Shown here piece after piece: positions 14,010-25,500 of a stretch of 64,000 bases of DNA. The notes below the pieces were generated by a model, which saw only the letters and a list, made by a program, of their open reading frames with translations, was not told the DNA's origin and did no database searches. The stretch's first letter is position 1; each line of letters begins with the position of its first letter. The translations under genes and the position numbers were made by a program. Source of the DNA: Phoronis australis (Eukaryota > Animalia > Phoronida); the NCBI GenBank assembly GCA_002633005.1, contig NMRA01000174.1, positions 394,030-458,029 on the forward strand, read 5' to 3'.

Positions 14010-17000
14010 CTATGCTTCATCGATAGCCATGACCGACACATAGTCCTTATACAAGACAATTCCTTGATCTGGATCGAGAGCAGCTGATAACATTTCCTCC
14101 ATTTCTTCCTGTGCAAAAGGCTCACCTGCAATTGGAAGCCATGAGAAAACTTGACTTATTAGACACTCGGTTGAGATCTGCTAATCACAGTTGAAGATCT
14201 GCTAACATGCAGTTGAGCTCTGCTTAGGAGTTTTTATAAACTGGCTTGTCTCCATGCAAAGTCATGACGTGATGTCCTGTAGTCAGTTACCAGTATGTTG
14301 GGTGATTATCTAGGGCCCCGTTTCATCAAATGCGTGGTGTAAGCTAAGATGGTCTAATTTTGTTTTTTGTAGGCAAATAATTCATAAATGTGGTGTAGAA
14401 AGGTGGACACTGAATCTGAACTATAGTCACATTTACGTCAATAGCAGTGACTGTTAAAATGCCTTCAACCGTTCTTAGCTACAACCAAATTTACGACCTT
14501 TATTAAATTGGACCCCAGATTTGTTCATCAAAAATGCATGTTAATTCCAATGACAAACGTTTATCCAGATCGAAGCACATATTGAATTTCAGTTATGCTT
14601 AACTCAAGAAATAAGTTGTCGTGTTTTTCAAAACAATGATTTCTCATAATTTATGCTATTTTTAGAATCTCAGAATTAAAAAAATACATACCGAAAGTGA
14701 AAAGTTAAATGTTTCAGATCCTGCCTCCAAAGAATGATTTTGAGGTCTATGCAGTGCCATCTTTGAAAGCCATGGTTTTGGTTCATGTTTAGGGAGGGAA
14801 CTTTTTGTTTATTTTTAATAAGGCAAGTCAGCAACTATGGACTTCAACAGGGAGATTCACTCCAGTTTGAATATTGCTAATTTGGCTTGACCTAAACAGC
14901 ACTGTCTAGAAGCTGTAAACCCAAGTTCCGTCAAAGAAGTGAACTTTTGATTTAGACCACTCACTACTGTTAAAATTGATCTCAACTTGTTTCTTGCTCA
15001 GTTCAAAAATGATTTTTAAGGTTTTCAACGAACTGACAGTTCATTATTGCTTGAGACTATGATCAGCGCATAGATTGAAACGAGACACGACAACTTGTAG
15101 AGCCAGGTCTCAAGTATTAGCTAGCTACCAGTTCTTTCAAAGCCCTGAATCGCCCTCAAATTTGACTCGGGAACAATTTGAGACCAGTTTCATAACGGTA
15201 CGTTGTCCTAAAGTAGGTTACTATATTTCAAAGGCGGGTTTGTATCCACTCTAACACTTGACTGATAGATAAATGAATTTCAAAGTTCTATTCTTTGTTT
15301 AACTACCATTCTCACCTTCATCAGTCATATATTTGGTTAGTTCCTCCTGTGTTAAACTGCCTTTTCCTTCAGAGTCTAATACCTGGAAAGCCTTTAATAG
15401 CATACTCTCTGGAGCTGGTTTATACCTGAAAAACAGTACAAAAACAATGTCACCATGATAACATTTTAGTTATTGGAAACATCTATAAAGTAAAAATTCA
15501 AAGTCACAAAAATCGTTTTGGATCCACGGACAATATGTAAATGCTGCACTGGCCATCAGACTCATTACTGTAGTAATTGCTACCTATGATTAGTTTGACT
15601 AGATGAGACAGTTTCAACTCCCTATAGACAGAAAGCTAGTCCATTTCCTGGCCTAGACTGAAAATCATTATGTATGGCATAGAATATAAAAAACAGCATT
15701 GCGTTCACGATATGGAATCAATGGGGGTGGATTGAGCTGATGTAATAACATTGAATGCTAAAGATAGCATTGAATTGCCGTACAGTTGGCATTGAGTTTA
15801 TTAAATGGAACTGAATATACAATTTGATGTTTTTTGCAGATGGCAGCCCACACAGCTGAGTAGAATGGAGCAATACTGGTTAAGTGCCTTACTCAAGGAC
15901 ACAACCACATGACTGAAGAAGTCACAAAGAATGAACCCACAACTTTTTGGTTGGAAGTTTACCACACTAACTACTCAGTCAAATTGGCACTGAAGACAGG
16001 CTGTTTTTGTCACCTCCGGAACTGAAATAAATGTAAACAAATGGACAACACAGGCAGATTAAGAGGAAAGCCAGGTTCCAGAAAAATGATAGCATAAACC
16101 ATTTTTAGTGCTATCACATGCATCTCACTTTGGACATTATAGACAATGTAGTCGGGCCTCTCTATTCTAGCTGTGTGTTGTGTGCCTTGTTGTGTGCCTT
16201 TATGTGTTATGTTGATTCCCAAAATATGCACACAACACAAGAGAACATCAAGACTACATACCTCCTCTCCATCAACACCTTGGTCATCATGGGAAGAAAC
16301 TTTTCAAATCTGATGTAACCTGTTGGTTCATCCTCTTCAATCTAATGATAAAACAAAATATATTAACGTAATATAATACCACAATATTATCATACAAAAA
16401 TATAAAACAAAACGCAGTATGGCTAAGTAATAAGAATTGTTTTCTGTTAAAGGGGCATTTAAACTTTAACAAACTTCCCTCAATGATTATCCTTAGCATG
16501 ATGGCAATTGGCTACTACACCAAAGGAAATGAAAGTTCACCATGATTTATACAAAACGATTCTACTTTAGAAATGTTGACCAATCCTGTCAAACTTGAGG
16601 GCATTTTGTGGATGACCTAAAAGATTTTGATGAAAATCATTTTCTATCATGACATGGAAAGGTTTGAGACATACTTATTTTGTGTGGTTGAGTAACCTGG
16701 TTTATACTATGTGATCTTAATGAGTAAGTAGGAAATGTGTTTAGTGTAAACCCAAACCTCGTCGATAAATGCTGCCACCTATTGCCAGTTAAGTTGTTAG
16801 CTCTCCTGTATTGAGGGACTGTTTCTCTGAGTTTAGTCTTGTTCAGTCATTTATAATCTCAATAAAAGCATGTTTTGAACCACAGTCTGTCTTTGTCTAA
16901 TAACTAACAAAATGCAGTGACCTTTGAAACAAACCATGATAATACATACACAAAATATGAGACTGGCAAATCAGCTTAAGTTGCTATAAACAGCTCCTTC

Positions 17001-20000
17001 CATCAAAGAAACTAACTTTTGATTTAAACCACTTAGTACTAAAAGTGCTTGAGACCATACTTGTGGCATAAAACAGCCGACTGTGACAAGCCAGCTTATT
17101 GATCTATGGCAATAACTACCAGGTCTTGTTAACCTAGGAATTCGCATGATCTAAGTAGAAGGCAATTAGCACTCCAAGTTTTACTAGCAGTTCCAGGCAC
17201 CACATGAAATTTAATGATTCTGCAACTGAAAACTACTTCAAATTTGTTCTAATTGAGTTTGTACCTCCAAAATGACACTGCACAGAGCTTTGAGAGATAG
17301 TCTAAAGCCTCCTCAGTATCAAAAATGACTAAATATAGAGTAGGTGAAATGGCAAATGATTTAAAATTTCTTGTCAAATTTTCAAAACACATGCTCACTT
17401 CAACAAGCATATCTTGCAGTTCTGCTTCACTGGGACAACAGCTGAGTGACCTCACAATTGTTCCTACCTCCCTGAAAGATAAGGTAGACAACAAATGCAT
17501 TAAGTCATATAACAGTTGAAACTGTACAATTTGGAACAAGAGTATAGGCTAAAACTGCCATTTTTTCTATTTTCCAATGGATTATTACACTGCTACGCAA
17601 TGTTCAACATTGTAGCTAATGTCTTTGATGACCGCCTTTAACCACGCAACCATGCTAACAGCAAAATTATTTTTTATTTAAAAATGATATCTTGGTGAAA
17701 ATCTGTGCAAATTACAATGCAGCATTAGTGGCAGTACCTTAAAATCTTATATAACACCATCTTAAAGAACTATAAATACACATGAAGACAAAAGATTGAG
17801 AAAAAATAGCATTTCAAGTGATTGCACTATGTGGATAAAGTGGAATTAAAAACGGCTGAATTCTTGTTTGAGGACAGCAACCTAGATCTTTTAAGTGGAT
17901 GTGGTAATGTATTAAACTTAAAAAAATACTGGGACAGAGACTTTTAACAAAATTTTATACTAGGTAAGTATTTTTTTAAAACTGTAATAAATAGAAACTC
18001 TGTGATAATGGAAAATAGACGTAATTCAAGGAATAAGAGATTTCCAATGGAATTCTCATTTCAGATGCAGATAACATGATTCCAATATTTTTGGTCGTTA
18101 ATTACTAAATTTATTAATAAAACCCATCAAATTCAACACTACAACAAATTAATCAATGATCCTTGTGCAGCAGACGTGTTCAAGAAGTTGTCCATTAAGG
18201 CAGTACTTGTTCATTTTCTTTTTTGAAGAGACATAAACATAGCGTGCAACAAGTTATCAGGAAAACAGCAGGGGCACAATTTAGATAATTTTTATGCCAA
18301 TTACCAAGTAAAATGGATTTTGTTAAAAAAAACTGAAAATAATGAATTTTATACATGCAAAAGCATAGTTTTCTGTTTTTAGAAACATAAAACCAGGGTC
18401 TCCATATAAATCCACCTTCTGTGAAAACACTAATCATTTGATTTAGGCCACTTGCTGGTGTAAAACTGTTTTTGACCTGTTCCTAACTCACTAGAGTTAA
18501 AACACGACAAGATCATTTGCAGTAAGTAAAACTGCTAACTTTCCAACAACAGTACTTACCTCACATCAACTGTTTTATTGGATTCATGGTCAAAAATATC
18601 AAAGGCAGCTGTTATCTTAGCTTGGATTTCAGCCACCATATTTTCTACAAAAAATATTAAATACTACAGTAAACTGTCAGTCACTTTTCTAATGCAACAC
18701 AATTTTCTTTTTACACACACTTGTTTTCTGAACACTCATTGTGTAACAAATCCAAATTTTGCATATAATAAAGATACAATGTATCACTAACCACAAGAAC
18801 ATTGAACTTGCTTACCAGGAAAGAAAACTGTTCATAAAAAACTTGTTTATGACAAAAGAAATTTTGTTCATAACAAAAAATACAATGCCTGGGCAACTTA
18901 ATAATTGTGTTCATGAGAAAGACACTTTGTTTGTGGGAACACTTGAGTGGTTCATGACAGAAGAGAACTCGCTATTCTCACTATGCAAATTAAGACTTCA
19001 GACAGCGGCAGGGTGCTATAGGTTGCACATACCAAATCTGAATATCTGGAAGATCTGACAAATTTGGTATGTCATTGTCAGGACTGTGTAAACCTTACTG
19101 AAATCGTTTTGTGAGTCAGATTCCCAAAGATTATAAAATATATATTCCCTAAAGTAGATGATGGCCGTTATCATTCATCAAGACGAAGTATTTGACACCC
19201 ACATTGGACATGCTATTATCACTGATCTGAACAGGCCTTTCCAGGTGGAGTTATGAAACATGGCAATTTGGTGGAACTTTTGGACAGATAACCAAATCAG
19301 CTGAGCTGAATATTACAGCTATCTACCACAAAACTTGGACATGTTTTGAGGAAGAAAAACTGTATAGTTAAATTTTCATGAGAAATTCAAACTGTGTTTG
19401 GCTACAAAAGGGCAAAAAAATGACATCAGACATCTTAATTTTTCAGGCAATTCTTATCTTAATGCTGTCAGATTAATGTACTACGAAGACTAATCAAGCA
19501 GAAGGACTTATGTTTTTCTGACCCTTCGGACGGTCCATCATGGCAATATAATGTTATGTACCACAGAAATATACAAAAAAAATCGTAAATAATTTTCAGT
19601 TTGATTTCAAGTGCAAAGATTTGATCACATTCATTGAAGGTGAGCCTGAGCCTGAGGATGACATGTAGTTAAAGGCGAAGGCAACCTTCTTTCATGTCAT
19701 TTTGAGCTAAAATTAGGTTGGTTGGTNNNNNNNNAAACATAAAACCAGGGTCTCCATATAAATCCACCTTCTGTGAAAACACTAATCGTTTGATTTAGGC
19801 CACTTGCTGGTGTAAAACTGTTTTTGACCTGTTCCTAACTCATTAGAGTTAAAACACGACAAGATCATTTGCAGTAAGTAAAACTGCTAACTTTCCAACA
19901 ACAGTACTTACCTCACATCAACTGTTTTATTGGATTCATGGTCAAAAATATCAAAGGCAGCTGTTATCTTAGCTTGGATTTCAGCCACCATATTTTCTAC

Positions 20001-21886
20001 AAAAAACATTAAATACTACAGTAAACTGTCAGTTGGGCAGCCAGCCTTCCTCTCTCTCACCAACCACATATTCTCACTGACAGCATCCTTTACTCATGAA
20101 CACTTTTCTAATGCAACACAATTTTCTTTTTACACACGCTTGTTTTCTGAACACTCATTGTGTAACAAATCCAAATTTTGCATATAATAAAGATACAATG
20201 TATCACTAACCACAAGAACATTGAACTTGCTTACCAGAAAAGAAAACTGTTCATAAAAAACTTGTTTATGACAAAAGAAATTTTGTTCATAACAAAAAAT
20301 ACAATGCCTGGCAACTTAATAATTGTGTTCATGAGAAAGACACTTTGTTTGTGGGAACACTTGAGTGGTTCATGACAGAAGAGAACTCGCTATTCTAGAC
20401 TTCAGACAGCGGCAGGGTGCTATAGGTTGCACATACCAAATCTGAATATCTGGAAGATCTGACAAATTTGGTATGTCATTGTCAGGACTCTGTAAACCTT
20501 ACTGAAATCGTTTTGTGAGTCGGATTACCAAAGATTATAAAATATATATTCCCTAAAGTAGATGATGGCCGTTATCATTCATCAAGACGAAGTATTTGAC
20601 ACCCACATTGGACATGCTATTATCACTGATCTGAACAGGCCTTTCCAGGTGTGAGTTATGAAACATGGCAATTTGGTGGAACTTTTGGACAGATAACCAT
20701 ATCAGCTGATCTGAATATTACAGCTATCTACCACAAAACTTGGACATGTTTTGAGGAAGAAAAACTGTATACTATTAGTTAAATTTTCATGAGAAATTCA
20801 AACTGTGTTTGGCTACAAAAGGGCAAAAAATGACATCAGACATCTTAATTTTTCAGGCAATTCTTATCTTAATGCTGTCAGATTAATGTACTACGAAGAC
20901 TAATCAAGCAGAAGGACTTATGTTTTTCTGACCCTTCGGACGGTCCATCACGGCAATATAATGTTATGTACCACAGAAATAGACAAAAAAAATCGTAAAT
21001 AATTTTCAGTTTGATTTCAAGTGCAAAGATTTGATCACATTCATTGAAGGTGAGCCTGAGCCTGAGGATGACATGTAGTTAAGCCATTTATTAACTGTGA
21101 TAGCCATTGTCTTTGTTATGCTGCCAACATCAAAATATTTATCTCTTATCTCTCTAGGCTGACTTCACACTCGCAGTCGAGGATCCTGAAGTGGAGCATG
21201 TTACAAATTAAAGTGCAGTGGTGAGGCGTGTATGTATAAGAGCCTAGTGTGAGGGTGCAGTGTGCAATGATAACTAATACGAGAGGAGGGCTGTCTGGAT
21301 GTGATCCAGAGAGGCAGCACAATGTGAGCTGGTAAATTATTCTAGGAGACTGTTGTGGAGGGTAAGGAGGAATTTTGGAGGTATGCTGTGCGGCACTGAG
21401 GAGTCATGAAGTACATGCTGAGGCATCTGCATGTAGGAGTGCTAATGAAGGGATATAAGTAGGTGGATAGTTTCACAGAATGGGGAGAGTTTGGAGAGGC
21501 AGGATTCAATTCAAGGGTTTGCCAGTTTAGTGATTCAATCATTTGTGTGACTGATGAAATGTTATTATATATGTTCAGGGTAAATCTTGCAGCTCGTCGC
21601 TGCACCATTTCAATCTTGTTAATAGGGGGTTTTGTGTGGGTTGACCATACTAGTGGCAGTGTTGAGCAGTACTCCACTCTCTCGACTCTCTACTACTACT
21701 AGTAACTTTTGGTCGGACTATAGTGGCATAAGCTGTTTTCTGAGGGGTATGTCGAATTTTGAATCTAATAAACAAAACAGACGTCTTTTTTAACACTTTT
21801 AAAATGTCACGACCACTTTTTCGGACACCAGATATGAGAAACAATTCAGTGTGCTCACCCGCATTTTCCTTTGCCTCGTCCGCCAT
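14010..21886 (-). CDS. EFCAB2: EF-hand calcium-binding domain protein 2 / dynein regulatory complex subunit 8 (DRC8), 6 coding exons, about 163 aa
   Basis: Exons 21859-21886, 19912-19996 (or its duplicate 18560-18644), 17399-17471, 16262-16341, 15316-15425, 14010-14125; all GT-AG and phase-consistent. Protein MADEAKENAENMVAEIQAKITAAFDIFDHESNKTVDVREVGTIVRSLSCCPSEAELQDMLVEIEEDEPTGYIRFEKFLPMMTKVLMERRYKPAPESMLLKAFQVLDSEGKGSLTQEELTKYMTDEGEPFAQEEMEEMLSAALDPDQGIVLYKDYVSVMAIDEA* is colinear with EFCAB2. Confidence 0.95.
14313..14516. mobile_element. Small MITE (PIF/Harbinger-like termini)
   Basis: GGGCCCCGTTTCATCAAA...TAAGCTAAGA versus TCTTAGCTA...TTTATTAAATTGGACCCC, imperfect TIRs. Confidence 0.55.
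14880..15195. repeat. Dispersed repeat family; related copies at about 16985-17060, 56020-56150 (inverted) and 61110-61425
   Basis: Shared core AAACCC(A/G)AGTTCCGT...AACTTTTGATTTA(A/G)ACCAC...AAAAGTGGTCTCAACTT...ATCAGCGCATA...TTTCAAAGCCCTGAA. Confidence 0.7.
15845..15985 (-). mobile_element. tRNA-derived SINE remnant
   Basis: AAGTGCCTTACTCAAGGACACAAC, the reverse complement of a widespread conserved SINE core, next to a decayed B-box (GAACCC). A similar core occurs at about 49235-49258. Confidence 0.55.
18383..21082. repeat. Near-identical tandem duplication of about 1.3 kb (18383-19672 and 19735-21082) across an N gap at 19727-19734
   Basis: The two copies are colinear and differ by a few SNPs and indels; each contains EFCAB2 exon 2. 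Confidence 0.95.
21140..21755 (-). mobile_element. 5'-truncated non-LTR retrotransposon (CR1/L2-like) in EFCAB2 intron 1
   Basis: TAYATIVRPK..EYCST..VWSTH....IEMVQRRAARFTLNIYNNISSVTQMIESLNWQTLE with frameshifts, ending in a GAGATAA-type repeat tail near 21140. Confidence 0.8.
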
Positions 21887-22522
21887 GTTGTTAGACTGGT
21901 TGCTCGGGTTCTCAGACGGAAAATAACGACAGTGCCCGGCATCGTACGAAGAGTTCAATTGTAATCTTATTTTTGATTGGATACTATTGTCGATTGAAAA
22001 TATTCGTGGTTTTCTGATTTTTGTACATTATAAAAACCTAAAGATGCGTTCGTATTAATTAAGACGACAGTTTTTACATCTTAATTAACGTTTTTGACAA
22101 TTTATTTACGATAAAAGGATATTTTCCTAAAGAAACATTTCGCGCCTTTGCACATTTGTCCAATGAAATTCTTTATAAAGAAACAGATTTGGACGCGTTA
22201 CTAAAATTGTTTGGAGTTTTTAAGACATATTGGGTTCACAAAATGCACTTGTTTAATGCTCGTATTTGGTTTGAGAATTTTTAACTGCTAAACGTACTAA
22301 GGATTGTTCCTTTCTTGAAATGAAAATAATTCGAGTTATACTTTCGTTTTGAGTGAACCATTAAGTTCGCCATCTTGAAAATTTGCCGGGTAGTCGAGAA
22401 ATTTGTGTTGCGTTTTTTTGTTGAAAGCAACCCTTGACAGCAAGAGTTACAACCGAAGTTTCACCTTCCGGTGTTTTAGTAACATTTTCTGAACGTTTTG
22501 TTTTAAAATTCAATCGGCGAAA
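21887..22522. promoter_or_regulatory. Probable bidirectional promoter between EFCAB2 and the hnRNP U-like gene
   Basis: Only 636 bp separate the divergent ATGs. YY1-like CGCCATCTTG at 22368-22377 and ETS/GABP-like CTTCCGGT at 22465-22472 are motifs typical of housekeeping bidirectional promoters. Confidence 0.7.
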
Positions 22523-25500
22523 ATGAGTGACGTTGATCCAGCGAAGTTAAAGGTTGCAGAGCTCAAGGAATTGTTGAAAGAACGTGGTCTTGACACAAAA
22601 GGCAAAAAAGACCAACTGGTTAAAAGGTTAAAAAATGCTCTCAGTCGTGAGGCAGGCGATGAAGGTATGGACTTTTGAAGCAAGGAATTTATATTTGTTT
22701 CGAACGTTGTTTTTCGATAACCTAACTCTTGATTTTTTGCAGAATTTGTTGTTTTCGAGTTATCTCCCCTGATAGTAAAATTTTCATCTGGTTGGCCAAT
22801 GTCCTGAAATTGTTCAGGATTGGGATTTTTTTGTTCTTGTTGCTTGGTATGTTTTTGTGTGGAAATCAGATAAAAAATTAAACATCACATTTTCAGATAA
22901 TGGCACGGATGGGGAAACATCCATGGACGCCTCCCAGCTGGAAGCTTCCCAGGAGGTCACAGATGAGGAGGTGGAATCCCCAGTCAAGACAACACCTCCC
23001 GAGGAGTTAGAGCCCATTCCCCAAGAGGCTGAGCCTGAACCTGAGCAGGAGCCTGAGCAGGAGCCTGAGCAGGAGGAGACAACTCCAGCAGTAGAGGAGC
23101 AGGTACCCGCTGAAGAAGAAGGAAAGGAATGTGCTCCTGCCCAGCAGGAAGAGGTTGGACAGGAAGCTGTTGTGGAAAATGAACCAGAACCTGAGGCTGA
23201 GACTGAAAAGGCTGGAATGGAAGCTGAGCCTGTCGTGAGTTCATATTTGAAGTGGTGGTTTTTAACTGGCATGCTTTTGAGATTCGTCAGATAGTCGGTT
23301 TTGCAGTGTAATTTGCAATAAATGTTGTCATTAAAGCTATTTGTAGCTCAGAAAAGTAAAGTTAACCTATAAGGTTTAATGGTGCTTCATTATACATTTT
23401 CATTTGGAATTTTTTTACAACTTTCAGGAAGAACCCAAACAAGAAGAGGAAGGTGGCGACCAGCCGATGGAAAGTGAGACTAAGGTATAATTTTGAATTG
23501 TATGCAACCAAATCTTCCATCTAGGTCCTGAAATATTCTAGTATTGGGTGCTCATTCGTTGATATGATATACTTAGATGCCTTTAGAATGTGATTTCAGT
23601 AGTTAATATATCTGTGCCTTGCATGGCAATCCCTGGTACTTTTCAAAATTCATCATGTGTAAAGGTGCCTGTCACCATCTTAAAAGGGGTTGAATTTGTG
23701 GGAAATATTCAGTTACGTGTTCATTTTTGCAGGGTGATGAAGAGGCAGCGGAGGGGGCTGAAATGGACCAGGACTTTGTTGTCAAAGATGAGGTGACTGG
23801 GGACGATGACCGTAAGTGTCACTGTTAAAGATGCATTTACTCAGATGTCAGTTGCCGCGTATAATTCAGATATCACTGCGAATGTTAAAACATCAAGGAA
23901 TGGTAACCACACTGGTATTGTCATAGTTAAAGTGATACCTTATGTAAACTGAATGGTAACCACACTGGTATTGTCATAGTTAAAGTGGTACCTTATGTAA
24001 ACTGAATGAGTTTCTTTTACTGTTGTTACATAGCCTTGCATTAAGTTATTTCTTGTTCACCATATCACTGTGTCTTCTCTGACAAGGTTCACATTTTGAA
24101 TTGTCGCCTATACTTTCTGCTTGCCATCCAGGCCACGACAGACGGAAACGCTCACGCTCGCGATCACCCCGCGACCGACACCGCCGGTCACGGTCAAGGT
24201 CGCCCAAACAACGCCGAAGGTATGAGAGAGGAAGGTGTGTGCTTGCTTTTGTAGTTCTTTCTCTCACATCTTTATAACACCCCTGTCTCTGATAGTGTCT
24301 TCCTGATTCTTATTTAGTATCTTTTGTGTGTGTGTTAAATGTAGTTTCACTAATTATAGTTTCTTTTTATAGGTTATCCCCAGTCAGTCTTGCTGGGTTT
24401 TCATAGACTAACATTCAATTCACCTGCTTATGGGTAGGTTTGTGATTTGGTGCATTAATGTTTAGTACAAATCTCAGGGTTTTAGATACGTTGAGAAACA
24501 AATGTCTCGATGTCTCTAAATTGGCATATACTTTGTTATTCATCCTGAATTTCTGATGCGCTTTTAACATCTGAGTCACCTGGCTCATGAGTGTCAATTC
24601 TCCCAATCCAGTGGCAAGCTCGTGATTTCATAAGCAATGCTTATCATTTCATCATTAGCTAAAAATGCTGGGCATTCCTGATATTTGAGAGGAACTTGAA
24701 CGCTTTAAAAGGGAACAGTTCAGTTTGTCTGACAAAAATGATGACGGCGCTGAAGTGGATCAAGTATTTGTGGCTGTGATGTGCTAAATAGCCCAGTGTT
24801 CATTTGTTTCGGTTGTACTGGTCAGCAGAATGGACGGGATTTAAGTAAAGTAAATTTCTGTGAAACTTTTGATGAATTATTTTTCATTGGGAAAAATGTG
24901 GAATAATTACTGACCTCAAAACAATGTAATCAGTGGAAGATTCTGCGATAATTGCTTTTCATGTCAGGCGCATCGTGGCGACCTTTGCAGCTTACAGGTA
25001 GCATTTGAGTGCAGGTAACATGTAATGGATGAATGGCTGGACTTGTGGATTGGCAACGGGGCTTATTCTTGTTTTATTAGCATTGAACCTGGGATTTGTA
25101 CTTTGATGTTTTCCTTTGAAGTTTATCAGGAAGACAAAACTGCTGTTAGCTGGTACTCCCATTAGGAATGTTAACTGAAACCTCTGCTCAGTTTGTCCAT
25201 TTTCTAACTAAGCTACAGTGTGTGTCGTAGTTGTGTCGGTCTGACCTAATGGGATAAGTGTCCATTTCCTTTACTCAAGGTCGTAGCTTCGAATCCTGCT
25301 GGACCACACTGCTAGACCTTTAAATCGGGTCCCCAGCTCCTCAGCTGGGTTTTAACTAAAGAAATAATTACCGGTGGTACACATACAGGCCACGCATGTG
25401 GGCCCATTGCACTGATCCATTTTTAAGCTTTAGTAATGCATAGTTAAAACCAAGCTTAGGAGGTGAGGCCTGACTCAAGGGTCTTGCAGTGTGCCTCAGT

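Noticed and set aside
18560-19996. EFCAB2 exon 2 copies as genuine mutually exclusive exons
   Set aside because: Identical coding sequence, near-identical introns and an adjacent gap point to an assembly artefact.
22814-23272. 152-aa Ser/Gly-rich minus-strand ORF, and similar antisense ORFs at 24046-24267, 32464-32661 and 35242-35436
   Set aside because: These are antisense shadows of low-complexity hnRNP U-like exons.
24738-24915. Possible C/D snoRNA (ATGATGA ... CTGA) in hnRNP U-like intron 5
   Set aside because: No terminal stem, properly spaced D box or recognisable rRNA guide.
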